In this document: piece by piece, positions 15,143-24,137 of the stretch
Layout: every line of letters begins with the position of its first letter
Position numbering within the stretch: position 1 is the first letter of the stretch
Source of the DNA: a virus
Taxonomy: Duplodnaviria; Caudoviricetes
Virus record (IMG/VR): IMGVR_UViG_3300048854_000110
Location: 1-25,775 of that record
Length of the DNA: 25,775 nt
Strand: one strand, 5' to 3'
Program-made: the position numbers and the translations under genes
Notes under the pieces: generated by a model
Database searches by the model: none
Told to the model about the DNA's origin: nothing
What the model saw: the letters and a program-made list of their open reading frames with translations, nothing else

Positions 15143-15387
15143 CAGTACCGATCGGGCTCGCGCTAAGGGCAGCAAGGAAATCTCGCAAGATGACTCAGGC
15201 GGAACTTGCCAAAAGGTCAGGCGTCGACCGCACTTACATTTCTCAGATCGAGAACGGAAGATTTACTCCTCGTCTTGAGCGCGTGGAAGAGCTATCAACG
15301 GCCATGAAACTGAGCATTTCTCAGATTTTCCTTCAGGCGGAACTGATAGCCGAGACAAATGTTGTCCCCCACAATCCTTCTGCATAA
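15139..15387 (+). CDS. XRE-family HTH regulator
   Basis: LRAARKSRKMTQAELAKRSGVDRTYISQIENGRFTP. Confidence 0.95.
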   Translation: MTVPIGLALRAARKSRKMTQAELAKRSGVDRTYISQIENGRFTPRLERVEELSTAMKLSISQIFLQAELIAETNVVPHNPSA

Positions 15388-15464
15388 TTCGTTAGGCGCT
15401 GCACCGATGATGATGCATCATGCACACGAGCACATAGTGTGCAGTAGTGAGAATTAGGCATATT

Positions 15465-15503
15465 CGAGGAGAATCAGCTAAGGGCCGGTCTCCTCGGTTT
15501 TTT
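15465..15503 (+). terminator. Putative intrinsic terminator ahead of the late genes
   Basis: Stem CGAGGAGA (15465-15472) / TCTCCTCG (15489-15496) followed by GTTTTTT; the loop is long. Confidence 0.55.
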
Positions 15504-15542
15504 CGCCCGGCAACGCGCATGGCCGATAAGCGCGATAACTGT

Positions 15543-15842
15543 ATGAACAATAGATTTCCTGTCTTCAATATCACGCAAGGTCACAATGTTCGTTACAAAC
15601 AGGCACTCAAGTCTATTGAGGCCTGCTCGTGCGCCTGGGTGGTAGAAGGCGAGTCTGTCCGCGATCTCACCCTTGCTGAAGCAATCCAAGCTCGCAATGT
15701 GCAAGCCAAGATGCGTGACCCGTTGCCCTATGCTGAGTTGTTTGGGCTTCGCTTCGAAGGTAAGGAAGAGGGCAAGCGGGAGCGCAACATGCTGGTCTGG
15801 GAAGCAACCCAGTTTGTCTCAGAGAAATTGGAGGCGGCATGA
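15543..15842 (+). CDS. Hypothetical protein
   Basis: Open frame coupled to the next gene by GGAGGCGGCATGA; start uncertain (15519 or 15543). Confidence 0.7.
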   Translation: MNNRFPVFNITQGHNVRYKQALKSIEACSCAWVVEGESVRDLTLAEAIQARNVQAKMRDPLPYAELFGLRFEGKEEGKRERNMLVWEATQFVSEKLEAA

Positions 15843-16132
15843 CGACTTGGACCAAGGCTATTACCAATTGGAAGTCGACACTCTCAGGCCTTCTCACGGT
15901 CACGCTCGCCACTTCGACTGCTCTGTTGACGATTCCGGCAGTTCAGAACCACGTCAAGGCTGTGGGATGGCTGATGGGGGTGCAGGCTGTGGTCAAGGTT
16001 TGGGTGTCCCTCATCCAGGTAGATGCCGGCACCGCGCTCGCCAAGGTTCCAGGAGAGTCCGAGCCTGTTGCAGTCCCATCCCATGAAGTTCCAGATAATC
16101 CATCGGCGAAGCCGGTGACAGGAGAAAATTAA
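15839..16132 (+). CDS. Two-TM membrane protein, holin candidate
   Basis: NWKSTLSG N-terminus and two hydrophobic helices; position in the late region. Confidence 0.6.
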   Translation: MTTWTKAITNWKSTLSGLLTVTLATSTALLTIPAVQNHVKAVGWLMGVQAVVKVWVSLIQVDAGTALAKVPGESEPVAVPSHEVPDNPSAKPVTGEN

Positions 16133-16539
16133 TGAACTTCCTCAAGTCTCTCGGACACATCGTTCTCAAGGTCATCACCTTTGGCGCTTACGCTGCCAAG
16201 GACGCCGCCCCGATCCTCGCTCTCATCTTTGGGCCTGCATTCTCGGCTCTGGTGACTGGCACAGCAACCGCCATCATCACGGCTGAGGCTACTGGCGCTG
16301 CCGCTGCACAGGCCGGAGCTGATGCAGGAGCCAACGGTGCGCAGAAGGCCGCTCTGGTTATTGCTTCAATCGAGCCCCTCGCTCTGCAGTATGCCAAGAC
16401 GCTTGGTGTACCGAATCCCACACAGGCCCAGCTTCAGGGATGGACAGATGGCTTTGTGGCTGCGTTCAATGCCCTCGGCCTTGATCTGAGCAAATACACG
16501 GAAGTTCCGGTGCCTGCCGCGGACGCACCAAAGGCATAA
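16132..16539 (+). CDS. Ala-rich membrane-associated hypothetical protein
   Basis: AGGAG RBS, TAATG coupling; hydrophobic N-half, GAQK motif. Confidence 0.8.
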   Translation: MNFLKSLGHIVLKVITFGAYAAKDAAPILALIFGPAFSALVTGTATAIITAEATGAAAAQAGADAGANGAQKAALVIASIEPLALQYAKTLGVPNPTQAQLQGWTDGFVAAFNALGLDLSKYTEVPVPAADAPKA

Positions 16540-16543
16540 GCAT

Positions 16544-16879
16544 TTGTCCCGGGCCAAGGTTCACGACGTCATTTTGTTGAGTCTTCGAGTAGTGATCCTC
16601 GCGCTTTGTATGTTCACCCTGTTTGGCGGTCATTATCCTCCCGTAGTCGCCCAGTCATCTGTGATGACAGTTGAAGACGCCGTGCAAGACACAAACATCA
16701 AGGCGCTGAATGAGCACATATCGTCGACTGACGAGAGAATGCAAAAACAGTGGGAGACGATGAACAAACTTTCGACGGATATGGCAGGGATTCAGGGGGA
16801 AGAGAGACTAATCGGAATCCTGCTCGGTTCGGGCATGAGCATCAGCATCTTCTTACAGGTAAAGAAACGCTCCTCATGA
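16544..16879 (+). CDS. TM-coiled coil-TM membrane protein
   Basis: Hydrophobic ends flank heptad repeats; start uncertain (TTG). Confidence 0.72.
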   Translation: MSRAKVHDVILLSLRVVILALCMFTLFGGHYPPVVAQSSVMTVEDAVQDTNIKALNEHISSTDERMQKQWETMNKLSTDMAGIQGEERLIGILLGSGMSISIFLQVKKRSS

Positions 16880-17160
16880 GCAGCCTGGAGAGATTCATCC
16901 GTCAGGATATCTTTCACATCTGCGCGTTCATCACGATCAACGCCTTTGTTGCCAATTTCTTACCTGACGCGAACAAGCTTAGAAATTACCCGCGGATTCG
17001 CTATGCCTATGAGGTTCTAGTCGATGTCATCGCGGGCTTCAGCCTCAATTGGAGGACTTCTCTGCCAAGCTTGGACGCCCAATTTTTGGGCTTCAAGAGA
17101 ACCGCAAAGCATATCTTCCGAAACTGGCAGCAGACCCGTATAGACAAGAAAGTATTGTGA
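16876..17160 (+). CDS. Hypothetical membrane-associated protein
   Basis: ATG 16876 in an ATGA overlap. Confidence 0.7.
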   Translation: MSSLERFIRQDIFHICAFITINAFVANFLPDANKLRNYPRIRYAYEVLVDVIAGFSLNWRTSLPSLDAQFLGFKRTAKHIFRNWQQTRIDKKVL

Positions 17161-17170
17161 CACCGAGCCG

Positions 17171-17473
17171 ATGATCAAACTTGGTATCTACATGACCCTC
17201 GTGAACGCGGCATTGGCCTACCTAATCATCAAACAACAGGAGAAGAACATGGCATCGACACGCGACCAGCTTGACGCAAAGATCACCGAAGTAGGAACCC
17301 GCTTGGCCAATGTGATTGCAGATCTTCAGGCCAAGATTGACGCCGGCTCCCAGCCTGAGGACTTCCAGGCTGAGGTAGACAAGCTTCAGGCGGTAGTGGA
17401 CGCTCTGAACACAGCTGACCCAGACCAGACCAACAACGAAACCCCGGCGGCCCCGAGCTCGACCGTAGTCTAG
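17171..17473 (+). CDS. Coiled-coil protein with optional N-terminal TM (second start at 17249)
   Basis: AGGAGA RBS precedes the in-frame ATG 17249; a hydrophobic leader lies upstream of it. Confidence 0.75.
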   Translation: MIKLGIYMTLVNAALAYLIIKQQEKNMASTRDQLDAKITEVGTRLANVIADLQAKIDAGSQPEDFQAEVDKLQAVVDALNTADPDQTNNETPAAPSSTVV

Positions 17474-17481
17474 TGATTGAG

Positions 17482-17625
17482 ATGAGCGCTCTCGAATCCT
17501 TAGTGGCCTTCGTTGTCATTATGGGTGCGGTGGCGCTCATCTTCGCGCTTGGCTACAAGTTGGGCGCAGACAGCAAGGCCCGCATGAGAGATGCACGCGG
17601 AAGATTTATCAAGAGAGAGCAGTGA
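17482..17625 (+). CDS. 47-aa single-TM protein with RDxxGRF tail
   Basis: Not in the ORF track. MSALESLVAFVVIMGAVALIFALGYKLGADSKARMRDARGRFIKREQ; GTGA overlap with the next gene. Confidence 0.72.
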   Translation: MSALESLVAFVVIMGAVALIFALGYKLGADSKARMRDARGRFIKREQ

Positions 17626-17816
17626 AAGCCAAGGTCTACTGCTTCGGTCATGGATGGGCTTTCGAATACCCTTCTGGCCAAGCCAGATACGTGGGCCGCT
17701 GGGAAGAGATCTGGCCGATTTTTGATGAGTGGATGAGACGAGTTGAGATAAATGCATGCCTTGATAATTACCGGGCTCGCATGGGAACAGAAGCACAGAC
17801 TAAGGGGATGGCATAG
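17622..17816 (+). CDS. Hypothetical protein
   Basis: Overlaps both neighbours. Confidence 0.65.
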   Translation: MKAKVYCFGHGWAFEYPSGQARYVGRWEEIWPIFDEWMRRVEINACLDNYRARMGTEAQTKGMA

Positions 17817-18256
17817 TGGCAGGCGGTAGACCGAGCAGTTTTAGACCGGAGTTCGTGGAGCAAGCGGCAAAGCTGGCTAAACTCGGCGCGACTGACATAC
17901 AAATGGCTGATTTCTTTGGTGTTAGCGAGCAGACCCTAAATGCGTGGAAGAACAGCAACCCAAAGTTTCTTGAGTCCCTAAAGGCCGGCAAAGAGGAATC
18001 GGACCAGAGAGTAGAGCATTCGCTATATCGGCGCGCTCTTGGTTACGAGCATGACGCGGTAAAGATCTTCTGCTCGAAAGACGGTGAGGTCACGCAAGTT
18101 CCTTATCGAGAGATTGTTCCGCCTGACACAACTGCCTGCATTTTCTGGTTGAAGAACCGCAAGCGTACTGAGTGGAGAGACAAGTACGAACATACGGGCG
18201 AGGACGGCGGCCCAATTTCATTCACAGTGACCCGAGCGGGTTCAAAGGAGCGATAG
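17816..18256 (+). CDS. terS: Terminase small subunit
   Basis: GRPS.F.PE, HTH (GATD.QMADFFGVS..TL..WK), VE.SLY.RA.GY, PPDTTACIFWLKNR, EHTG.DGGPI. Confidence 0.9.
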   Translation: MAGGRPSSFRPEFVEQAAKLAKLGATDIQMADFFGVSEQTLNAWKNSNPKFLESLKAGKEESDQRVEHSLYRRALGYEHDAVKIFCSKDGEVTQVPYREIVPPDTTACIFWLKNRKRTEWRDKYEHTGEDGGPISFTVTRAGSKER

Positions 18257-18781
18257 ATGGCAGACGAGACGCAGTACAACGATGGTGGTGAGCAGTTGAA
18301 TGCAAATGGCCTGCCGGAAGGCTCCGCTTCTGTTACGGGTGGATACGATGGCGCCGAGGTAGGGCAGGGCTCAGTCCCCGCAAGCACTGCGGCCCCACAG
18401 GATGTTGTAGTGAAGGGAACGCCGGTCGAAGCCAACAAGGTGCCTGAACATCTGGACTTCGCGTCCTCTCGCATCCCTTACCACACAGCAACGACTGAGA
18501 AGATCGCTCGCGAACGTGCCGAAGCCCTGAAGGATGAACCGGTGAAGGAGTATCACTACGAAATGAATGGCTATGTGGTGGAAGAGGTCGAAGGCCCGAA
18601 CCCGCAGGCGACGAAGGTTGAGGATGCGAACAAGCTCTGGAAGGTCACGCAGGGCGACTTCGAGCAGTACTTCAACAATCAGCGCGCAGCTGAGATCTTT
18701 GCCAACACGCACTCGCCTCAGTTTGCGGCGAATTCGACGGTGAAGAACAGCACAGCCGTTCAGGATCTGCCGAAGACCTAA
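18257..18781 (+). CDS. Acidic hypothetical protein
   Basis: AAAGGAG RBS; abuts terS. Confidence 0.8.
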   Translation: MADETQYNDGGEQLNANGLPEGSASVTGGYDGAEVGQGSVPASTAAPQDVVVKGTPVEANKVPEHLDFASSRIPYHTATTEKIARERAEALKDEPVKEYHYEMNGYVVEEVEGPNPQATKVEDANKLWKVTQGDFEQYFNNQRAAEIFANTHSPQFAANSTVKNSTAVQDLPKT

Positions 18782-19317
18782 AAGCTGGCATACTCTCCGA
18801 AGTGCTTTGTAGCAGACGAGCAATAAGCAGCATGGGCCTCTTCCTTAGTTGAAAACGTTCCTAGATGAATCAGGCGCTTGTTCACGCGGATAGAGGCCTT
18901 GAACTTTCCACCATATGCCAGGGTTACGCCCTTCAAACCTGAAGCAGCTCGGCTCTGAACCTTACGGTTCATGGCATTCTGAGCGAAGGTGACGGGCCGA
19001 AGATTGCAACGGCGGTTGTCCATTGGATTACGGTTGATGTGGTCAACCATTCCGCCGATGAGAAATCGCTGCATTCGTACAACAGGATGCTTTCCGTCTT
19101 TAGGAATGTGCGTGCCGACATAGAAAGATCCCTTATCTTTCATGGTAGCCCAGTTCATCGCTTGGAGAGCTTCGGCATCTTCCCGATTGACTAAAGCAAA
19201 CATGCCGCGTGTCAAAGGTATGTAGGCGATCGAGGCCGAGATTGGAATGATTGCTTGACGCGGGCTGTAGGGACCTGTGGCGTTACCGAGTTTTCTTGGC
19301 ATAACGTAAGTGTACAT
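18778..19317 (-). CDS. HNH-AP2 homing endonuclease-like protein
   Basis: IPLTRG..ALV, VDHINRN.MDNRRCNLR..T..QN..N, and AP2 region SG.KGV...F.A.I......IHLG.F...EEA..AY...A..HFGEYA. Confidence 0.92.
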   Translation of the reverse strand: MYTYVMPRKLGNATGPYSPRQAIIPISASIAYIPLTRGMFALVNREDAEALQAMNWATMKDKGSFYVGTHIPKDGKHPVVRMQRFLIGGMVDHINRNPMDNRRCNLRPVTFAQNAMNRKVQSRAASGLKGVTLAYGGKFKASIRVNKRLIHLGTFSTKEEAHAAYCSSATKHFGEYASF

Positions 19318-19340
19318 TAATTATATCGCCTTGATCCACA

Positions 19341-20972
19341 ATGAATAGCATTCATCTGCAACCCAAACAGGCCCAACTTCTGGACTTGGTAGAGAACTCG
19401 CCTGCTACGCGGATCGGAGTGGGCGGCGGTAGAGGAGCAGCAAAGTCAGCGGGCGCTGATCGAGTAGCACTTGCTTTGATGATGGAGCGGCCAGGATTCG
19501 TCGGCTGCATCTTCATGCGGAACTATGACCAAGTCCGCAAGTACCACATCGAAGCTATCCTCAGGGACTATCCAGTGCTTGAGGGGTATTTGAAGAAGTC
19601 GGATTCCAAGCTCAAGATTCCTGTGGGCGATGGATTCTCTGAGTTGGATTTCAGTTACGCTGAATCGCTCGAGGATGTGAAGCGGCGGTTCCGATCAGCT
19701 AATTACGATCTCATCATCGTTGATCAGGCGGAACAGCTGACTTGGGAAGAGCTGAGTGAGATGGGATTGGCTGCACGTTCCAAGCGGACGACGGCCAAAG
19801 TCGTTCACCTGTTTAACATGGGCGGCATCGGGATCCAGGAGTTGCGGAACCGATATGGCCCAGTCAAGAAGTTCAACGACAACGAGCGACCAGAGGCGTA
19901 CCGGTTCCTGCATGTCTATCCGTGGGACAACGTTGAGTGGGCTCGACAAGCATTAGAGTCTGAAAGGCTGACCGAAGACGACTACTACTCGTGGTCAGAC
20001 TCGCAGCGGTTCGATTACTTTACGCAGAACACCGAGTACGGCCGGACGCTGAACGCTCTGGATGATTCAGTAAGGGCCAGAGATCTATTGGGCTCATGGG
20101 AATCGCTCGAAGGCGCTTACTTTGGCCGAGTGTTCGATTACAAGGCCACGCTGAAGTCGTCTGAAGTTTGTGAGGGCATCATTCGGCCCTGGGATTCGCG
20201 TTGGCTGTCGACTGACTGGGGCAAGACGCACTACTGCTCGACGCATTGGCATGGCAAGACGACGCTGACGCCGAGCGAGGTAAAACATTGGTTGGGATGG
20301 GATGTCCCTCGATCGCTGACGGTGGTTTCGACCTACCGTAGGCTGATCGTGAATGAGTTTACAAGCTCGCAAGTGGCAGCCGAGTTGATTTCGCGCACGC
20401 CAAAGCATGAGCGAGAGAGGCTGAAGCGGTATCCGTTCTCCCCTGAGCAGTTCGGTGAGAGAGATTCTGAAGATACAGTGCCGATCATCATCGGCCGTGA
20501 GTTAGGGAAATACGGTCTGCCTTGGCCCGAGCGCGCAGACAACAGCCGCAAACCTGGCTGGCAGTTGATGTATGAGTTGCTGAACAACACAAGGATTTGG
20601 GCAACGCCTCCCGAATTGAGAACAAAGGAGATGGAGGCAGAGGCCGGCGACACGGTCTGGATCATCTCTTCGGAGTGTCCCGAGGCGCTAGAGACGATTC
20701 CAGTACTGATGCGGAATGAGAAGGACCTCGACGACGTGGTGAAGACAGATAAGGGCATGGCCGTGCTGGCCATGGACGTTGCCGATGACCTGAGGTATGG
20801 GTTGCAGTCGATGTTGGGCGCCGGACGTAAGCCAGACAAGGTTGTGCATGGTGAGAAGCAGATGGCGCGGCTTCAGCATGGAGATTACCAGACGGCTTAC
20901 ATGGCTGAGCTGAGTTTTAGAGCGCAACAGAGCGGGCCTGAGTTTTCAGTAAGCGGGAGACGGCGACGATGA
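19341..20972 (+). CDS. terL: Terminase large subunit
   Basis: LQPKQ motif, Walker A GGGRGAAKS, Walker B LIIVDQAE, nuclease STDWG and DVADDLRY. Confidence 0.92.
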   Translation: MNSIHLQPKQAQLLDLVENSPATRIGVGGGRGAAKSAGADRVALALMMERPGFVGCIFMRNYDQVRKYHIEAILRDYPVLEGYLKKSDSKLKIPVGDGFSELDFSYAESLEDVKRRFRSANYDLIIVDQAEQLTWEELSEMGLAARSKRTTAKVVHLFNMGGIGIQELRNRYGPVKKFNDNERPEAYRFLHVYPWDNVEWARQALESERLTEDDYYSWSDSQRFDYFTQNTEYGRTLNALDDSVRARDLLGSWESLEGAYFGRVFDYKATLKSSEVCEGIIRPWDSRWLSTDWGKTHYCSTHWHGKTTLTPSEVKHWLGWDVPRSLTVVSTYRRLIVNEFTSSQVAAELISRTPKHERERLKRYPFSPEQFGERDSEDTVPIIIGRELGKYGLPWPERADNSRKPGWQLMYELLNNTRIWATPPELRTKEMEAEAGDTVWIISSECPEALETIPVLMRNEKDLDDVVKTDKGMAVLAMDVADDLRYGLQSMLGAGRKPDKVVHGEKQMARLQHGDYQTAYMAELSFRAQQSGPEFSVSGRRRR

Positions 20973-21301
20973 GCGAAGCTAGTGTGTTTTGGTTTGTAGC
21001 GGGCGCAGTTCTCGGACTGGCGATAGGCGTTATCTGCATGTACCTCGACCGTTTTGGTCGAGAGAGGTTGAGAAAGCTAGAAGTAAGCAGTGAGATCGAG
21101 CCAGTGTCCCGAGGCAAAGCGGTCATAGCCAGAGTGGATGCGGAAACGAAAACTGTATATCTGACCGCACAGCCTCCACCCAACGACTTTGCAGTAAACG
21201 GCCCTCCCCGCCGCAAACCCTGGGTTGTTCGCAAGCGTGAGCTTGAGGAAGCAGCCCGCACAAAGCGCAAGAAGATCGAATCCTTTTCGGAGTATGTATG
21301 A
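20969..21301 (+). CDS. N-terminal TM hypothetical protein
   Basis: ATGA overlaps; hydrophobic N-terminus. Confidence 0.75.
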   Translation: MSEASVFWFVAGAVLGLAIGVICMYLDRFGRERLRKLEVSSEIEPVSRGKAVIARVDAETKTVYLTAQPPPNDFAVNGPPRRKPWVVRKRELEEAARTKRKKIESFSEYV

Positions 21302-21573
21302 ATCAAGTCGCGTTAATAGATAGTGCGGTACGCATCGCGGAAGTTCTAAACAACGTTCCGATCGAAGATCGTTACTACGTTGCCGAGATCGCAGCAAAAC
21401 TGAGCGAACGGAATCAGGCAATACGGGCGCGAGAGGAGGCAGAGCGCGAATATCAGAACTATGCCACAACTGCAAATGCGATAAACGCCGACATGGCCTT
21501 GAAGCAGCAGCAATGCGCCACCAACTCAGGTGGAAGATTGGGGAGCCAAATTGGGCAAGCTATTCGGAGCTAA
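21298..21573 (+). CDS. Hypothetical protein
   Basis: GGAG RBS, ATGA overlap. Confidence 0.72.
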   Translation: MNQVALIDSAVRIAEVLNNVPIEDRYYVAEIAAKLSERNQAIRAREEAEREYQNYATTANAINADMALKQQQCATNSGGRLGSQIGQAIRS

Positions 21574-21577
21574 AGCG

Positions 21578-21691
21578 ATGATGAAAGAGCCGGTGCTGGA
21601 CGACAAGAAGAAGCCAGCCTTCTTGAAGAAGGCAGGAGCTAAGGCTATGCCTAAGGGCTCGAGCATGCTCAAGAGGCTGACCGGCAAGTGA
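21578..21691 (+). CDS. 37-aa Lys-rich microprotein
   Basis: Not in the ORF track. MMKEPVLDDKKKPAFLKKAGAKAMPKGSSMLKRLTGK; GGAG RBS and GTGA overlap. Confidence 0.62.
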   Translation: MMKEPVLDDKKKPAFLKKAGAKAMPKGSSMLKRLTGK

Positions 21692-21921
21692 TAGGCGCTT
21701 TGGCTTGTGTCTTTGGTGTCGAAGGGAACTATATGACGGTGAAGAATGCGCACGTCTTCTACGAGGGCATGAAGGTTGCTATCGTCCGTGACTTGGACAC
21801 GATGAAGCCCATCGCCGAGACGGAGATTCGCAAGGTCTACCCTAACCGGCGAACCCTGCAGTTGCGTGCATGGCCCAAGGCTGATATTCGCCCCGGCGAT
21901 CTACTGTTGGTGACTGAGTGA
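21688..21921 (+). CDS. Small beta-rich hypothetical protein
   Basis: GTGA overlaps at both ends. Confidence 0.72.
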   Translation: MIGALACVFGVEGNYMTVKNAHVFYEGMKVAIVRDLDTMKPIAETEIRKVYPNRRTLQLRAWPKADIRPGDLLLVTE

Positions 21922-24137
21922 ACGAAGTAGACGAGCTGCCCGAGATCGATACGGAGGAGACTGAAGACGAGGAGCTTGGCACTCTCGCCGATGACGAAGA
22001 GCTCCAGAAGCGCATCATCTCCAAGATCATCGAGCACAACGCCAAGGGTAAGGCCAACCGCATGGCTGAAGTTCAGCTGGCGCGTGATCAAAGGCTTTAT
22101 TTCAGAGACATTCAACAGATCTGGTGGGACGAGGACGCGGAGAACATCACGTTTGAGTCGCCGGACAATGATGCGCCGAACGATCGCGTGTTCAACATCT
22201 ACCAGCCTTACGGCAAGATCTTTATCTCCACCTTCATGGGGGCAAGACCTAAAGTAAGGGCTGAAGCCGATGATCCGTTCGATTCGACCAGCGTAAGGAA
22301 CACGGCGAAGGCGCAGACTTACGAACGCGTCTACCGCAAGTTCAACGACACGCCGACGCAGCAGATGGAAACAGCGCGCCTGATGTGGACTGATAGCCGG
22401 ATCGTTACCCGGACGGTCAAGCGGGACGACGGCAAGATCATCACCGAGTTCTGGGGCACGCTCGAAAGCCGAGTTCAGATCACTGCGAAGTATGACATTG
22501 AAGTCCCGCTGAAGAACAATGCTCTGATCGAGCTTGAGGACGAGTTTCCGACCGTCCAGATAAAGCGGGAGTACGACAAGGCCCGCAATAAGATTAACAG
22601 CGGCAACGGTGACAGCTACGAGCGCAACGCACGCATCGCTGTGAAGCGTCAGGCTGGGACGGATACCTCGATCGATGTGCAGACCGGTGAGGACGCTCAT
22701 GGGCTGGCTACGAAGACCTGGAGCTACATGCGGCCGGAGTTCTTCGAGAACTTCGATAAGGGCGACAGGGAACTGCTGGAGCAGATGCATCCAGACGGCC
22801 TCTGTTTGGTTCGGAATGGCGATGTCTATCTGGATAGCTATGACTGCCAGATCGATGGAGAACTAGACGTCATCCTCCCGCTGCCAGGCGATGGCATGAG
22901 CCGCCCGAGTGTGGGCAAGACGACAATGTCTCTACAGGACTCGGCCAACACGGCACAGAACCTGGTTGAGGAGACCTTTGATCACGGCATCCCCACAACG
23001 TACTGGGATACCAGAACAGATATTGATGCTTTGAACAAGTCCCGAGAGATGCCGGGGCAGAGCCGAAAGTTTACGCGTACGGCAGGAGAGGCAGCGTCGA
23101 ACCATTTCTTCCAGACGCAGCCTGTCCAACCTTCGGTGCAGCTGATGAACTATGTTGAGAACCTCAAAGGGCCTCAGGCTCAGTTCGCAAGCGGTCAGCA
23201 GCCAGCAATCTTCGGCGCTGAAATGCAGGATCAAAAGACAGCCTCAGGCTACGCGCAGGCCCGCAATATGGCTCTTGGCCAGATGGCGATCGTCTGGAAA
23301 CCGTATACAGCGTGGTATGCGCGAGAGATGACCAGGGCTGTGAAGATGTCGGCGAACCATGACAAGAACATCGTCACGACGCTGCCGGCTTTACGGAAGG
23401 GTGGACGTCCGCAGGCGGTCAGCTTGTCGCCTACGGATCTTCAGGGGCTCTCGTTCACGAACGAATCGGATGAGAACTTCCCCGAGACGTGGACCGAGAA
23501 GTCGAACAAGATGATGAGCCTGCTTCAGATCGGCGGCCCGATTGCCGATTGGGTTCTCGAGACGGAGCCAGACAATCTCTATTCGCTGAAGCAGTACATT
23601 GGCTTGGATGAATTGGTAATCCCGGGTGAGGACATGCGCAACAACGTCCTTGCAGACATCGCAGCGATGGAGCATATGGTTCCCGAGCCGGACGTGACGC
23701 AGATGCCACAACAGGCATTCCCGGGCGTAGGTCAGCCTCCTGTCCAGATCCCCGAGGTAAGCCCAATTCCTCTGGATACGGACTTCCTTGAGGACGACGA
23801 TTACGAAGTTGGCTGGAAAACGGTGAAGCATTGGGTTCAGTCGCCCGCGGGTCAGGATGCGAAGCGGGACAATCCGGATTGGTTCAAGAACGTCAGGCTT
23901 TATGGGCTGCAGTACAAGCAGAAGGTTGACGAGATCAATTCAGCCAAGCAGCAGGCCATGCAGCCGCCACCGGAACCACCGAAAGGTCCAGGCGAGACGA
24001 TTGGATACAAAGATCTCCCGGTAGCCGGGAAGATTCAGCTGGCAGCGAAGGCAGGGATTGAGTTGACGCCTGAGGACATTCAGGCACAGACCGCGCAGGA
24101 AGCAGCAGCGAACGCACCACCCCCAGGAGTTGTGTAA
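21918..24137 (+). CDS. Portal protein (P22-like size and layout)
   Basis: 739 aa, downstream of terL; YF...QQ.W, VFNIY, RPKVRA, TASG and a Gln/Pro-rich C-terminus. Confidence 0.82.
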   Translation: MNEVDELPEIDTEETEDEELGTLADDEELQKRIISKIIEHNAKGKANRMAEVQLARDQRLYFRDIQQIWWDEDAENITFESPDNDAPNDRVFNIYQPYGKIFISTFMGARPKVRAEADDPFDSTSVRNTAKAQTYERVYRKFNDTPTQQMETARLMWTDSRIVTRTVKRDDGKIITEFWGTLESRVQITAKYDIEVPLKNNALIELEDEFPTVQIKREYDKARNKINSGNGDSYERNARIAVKRQAGTDTSIDVQTGEDAHGLATKTWSYMRPEFFENFDKGDRELLEQMHPDGLCLVRNGDVYLDSYDCQIDGELDVILPLPGDGMSRPSVGKTTMSLQDSANTAQNLVEETFDHGIPTTYWDTRTDIDALNKSREMPGQSRKFTRTAGEAASNHFFQTQPVQPSVQLMNYVENLKGPQAQFASGQQPAIFGAEMQDQKTASGYAQARNMALGQMAIVWKPYTAWYAREMTRAVKMSANHDKNIVTTLPALRKGGRPQAVSLSPTDLQGLSFTNESDENFPETWTEKSNKMMSLLQIGGPIADWVLETEPDNLYSLKQYIGLDELVIPGEDMRNNVLADIAAMEHMVPEPDVTQMPQQAFPGVGQPPVQIPEVSPIPLDTDFLEDDDYEVGWKTVKHWVQSPAGQDAKRDNPDWFKNVRLYGLQYKQKVDEINSAKQQAMQPPPEPPKGPGETIGYKDLPVAGKIQLAAKAGIELTPEDIQAQTAQEAAANAPPPGVV

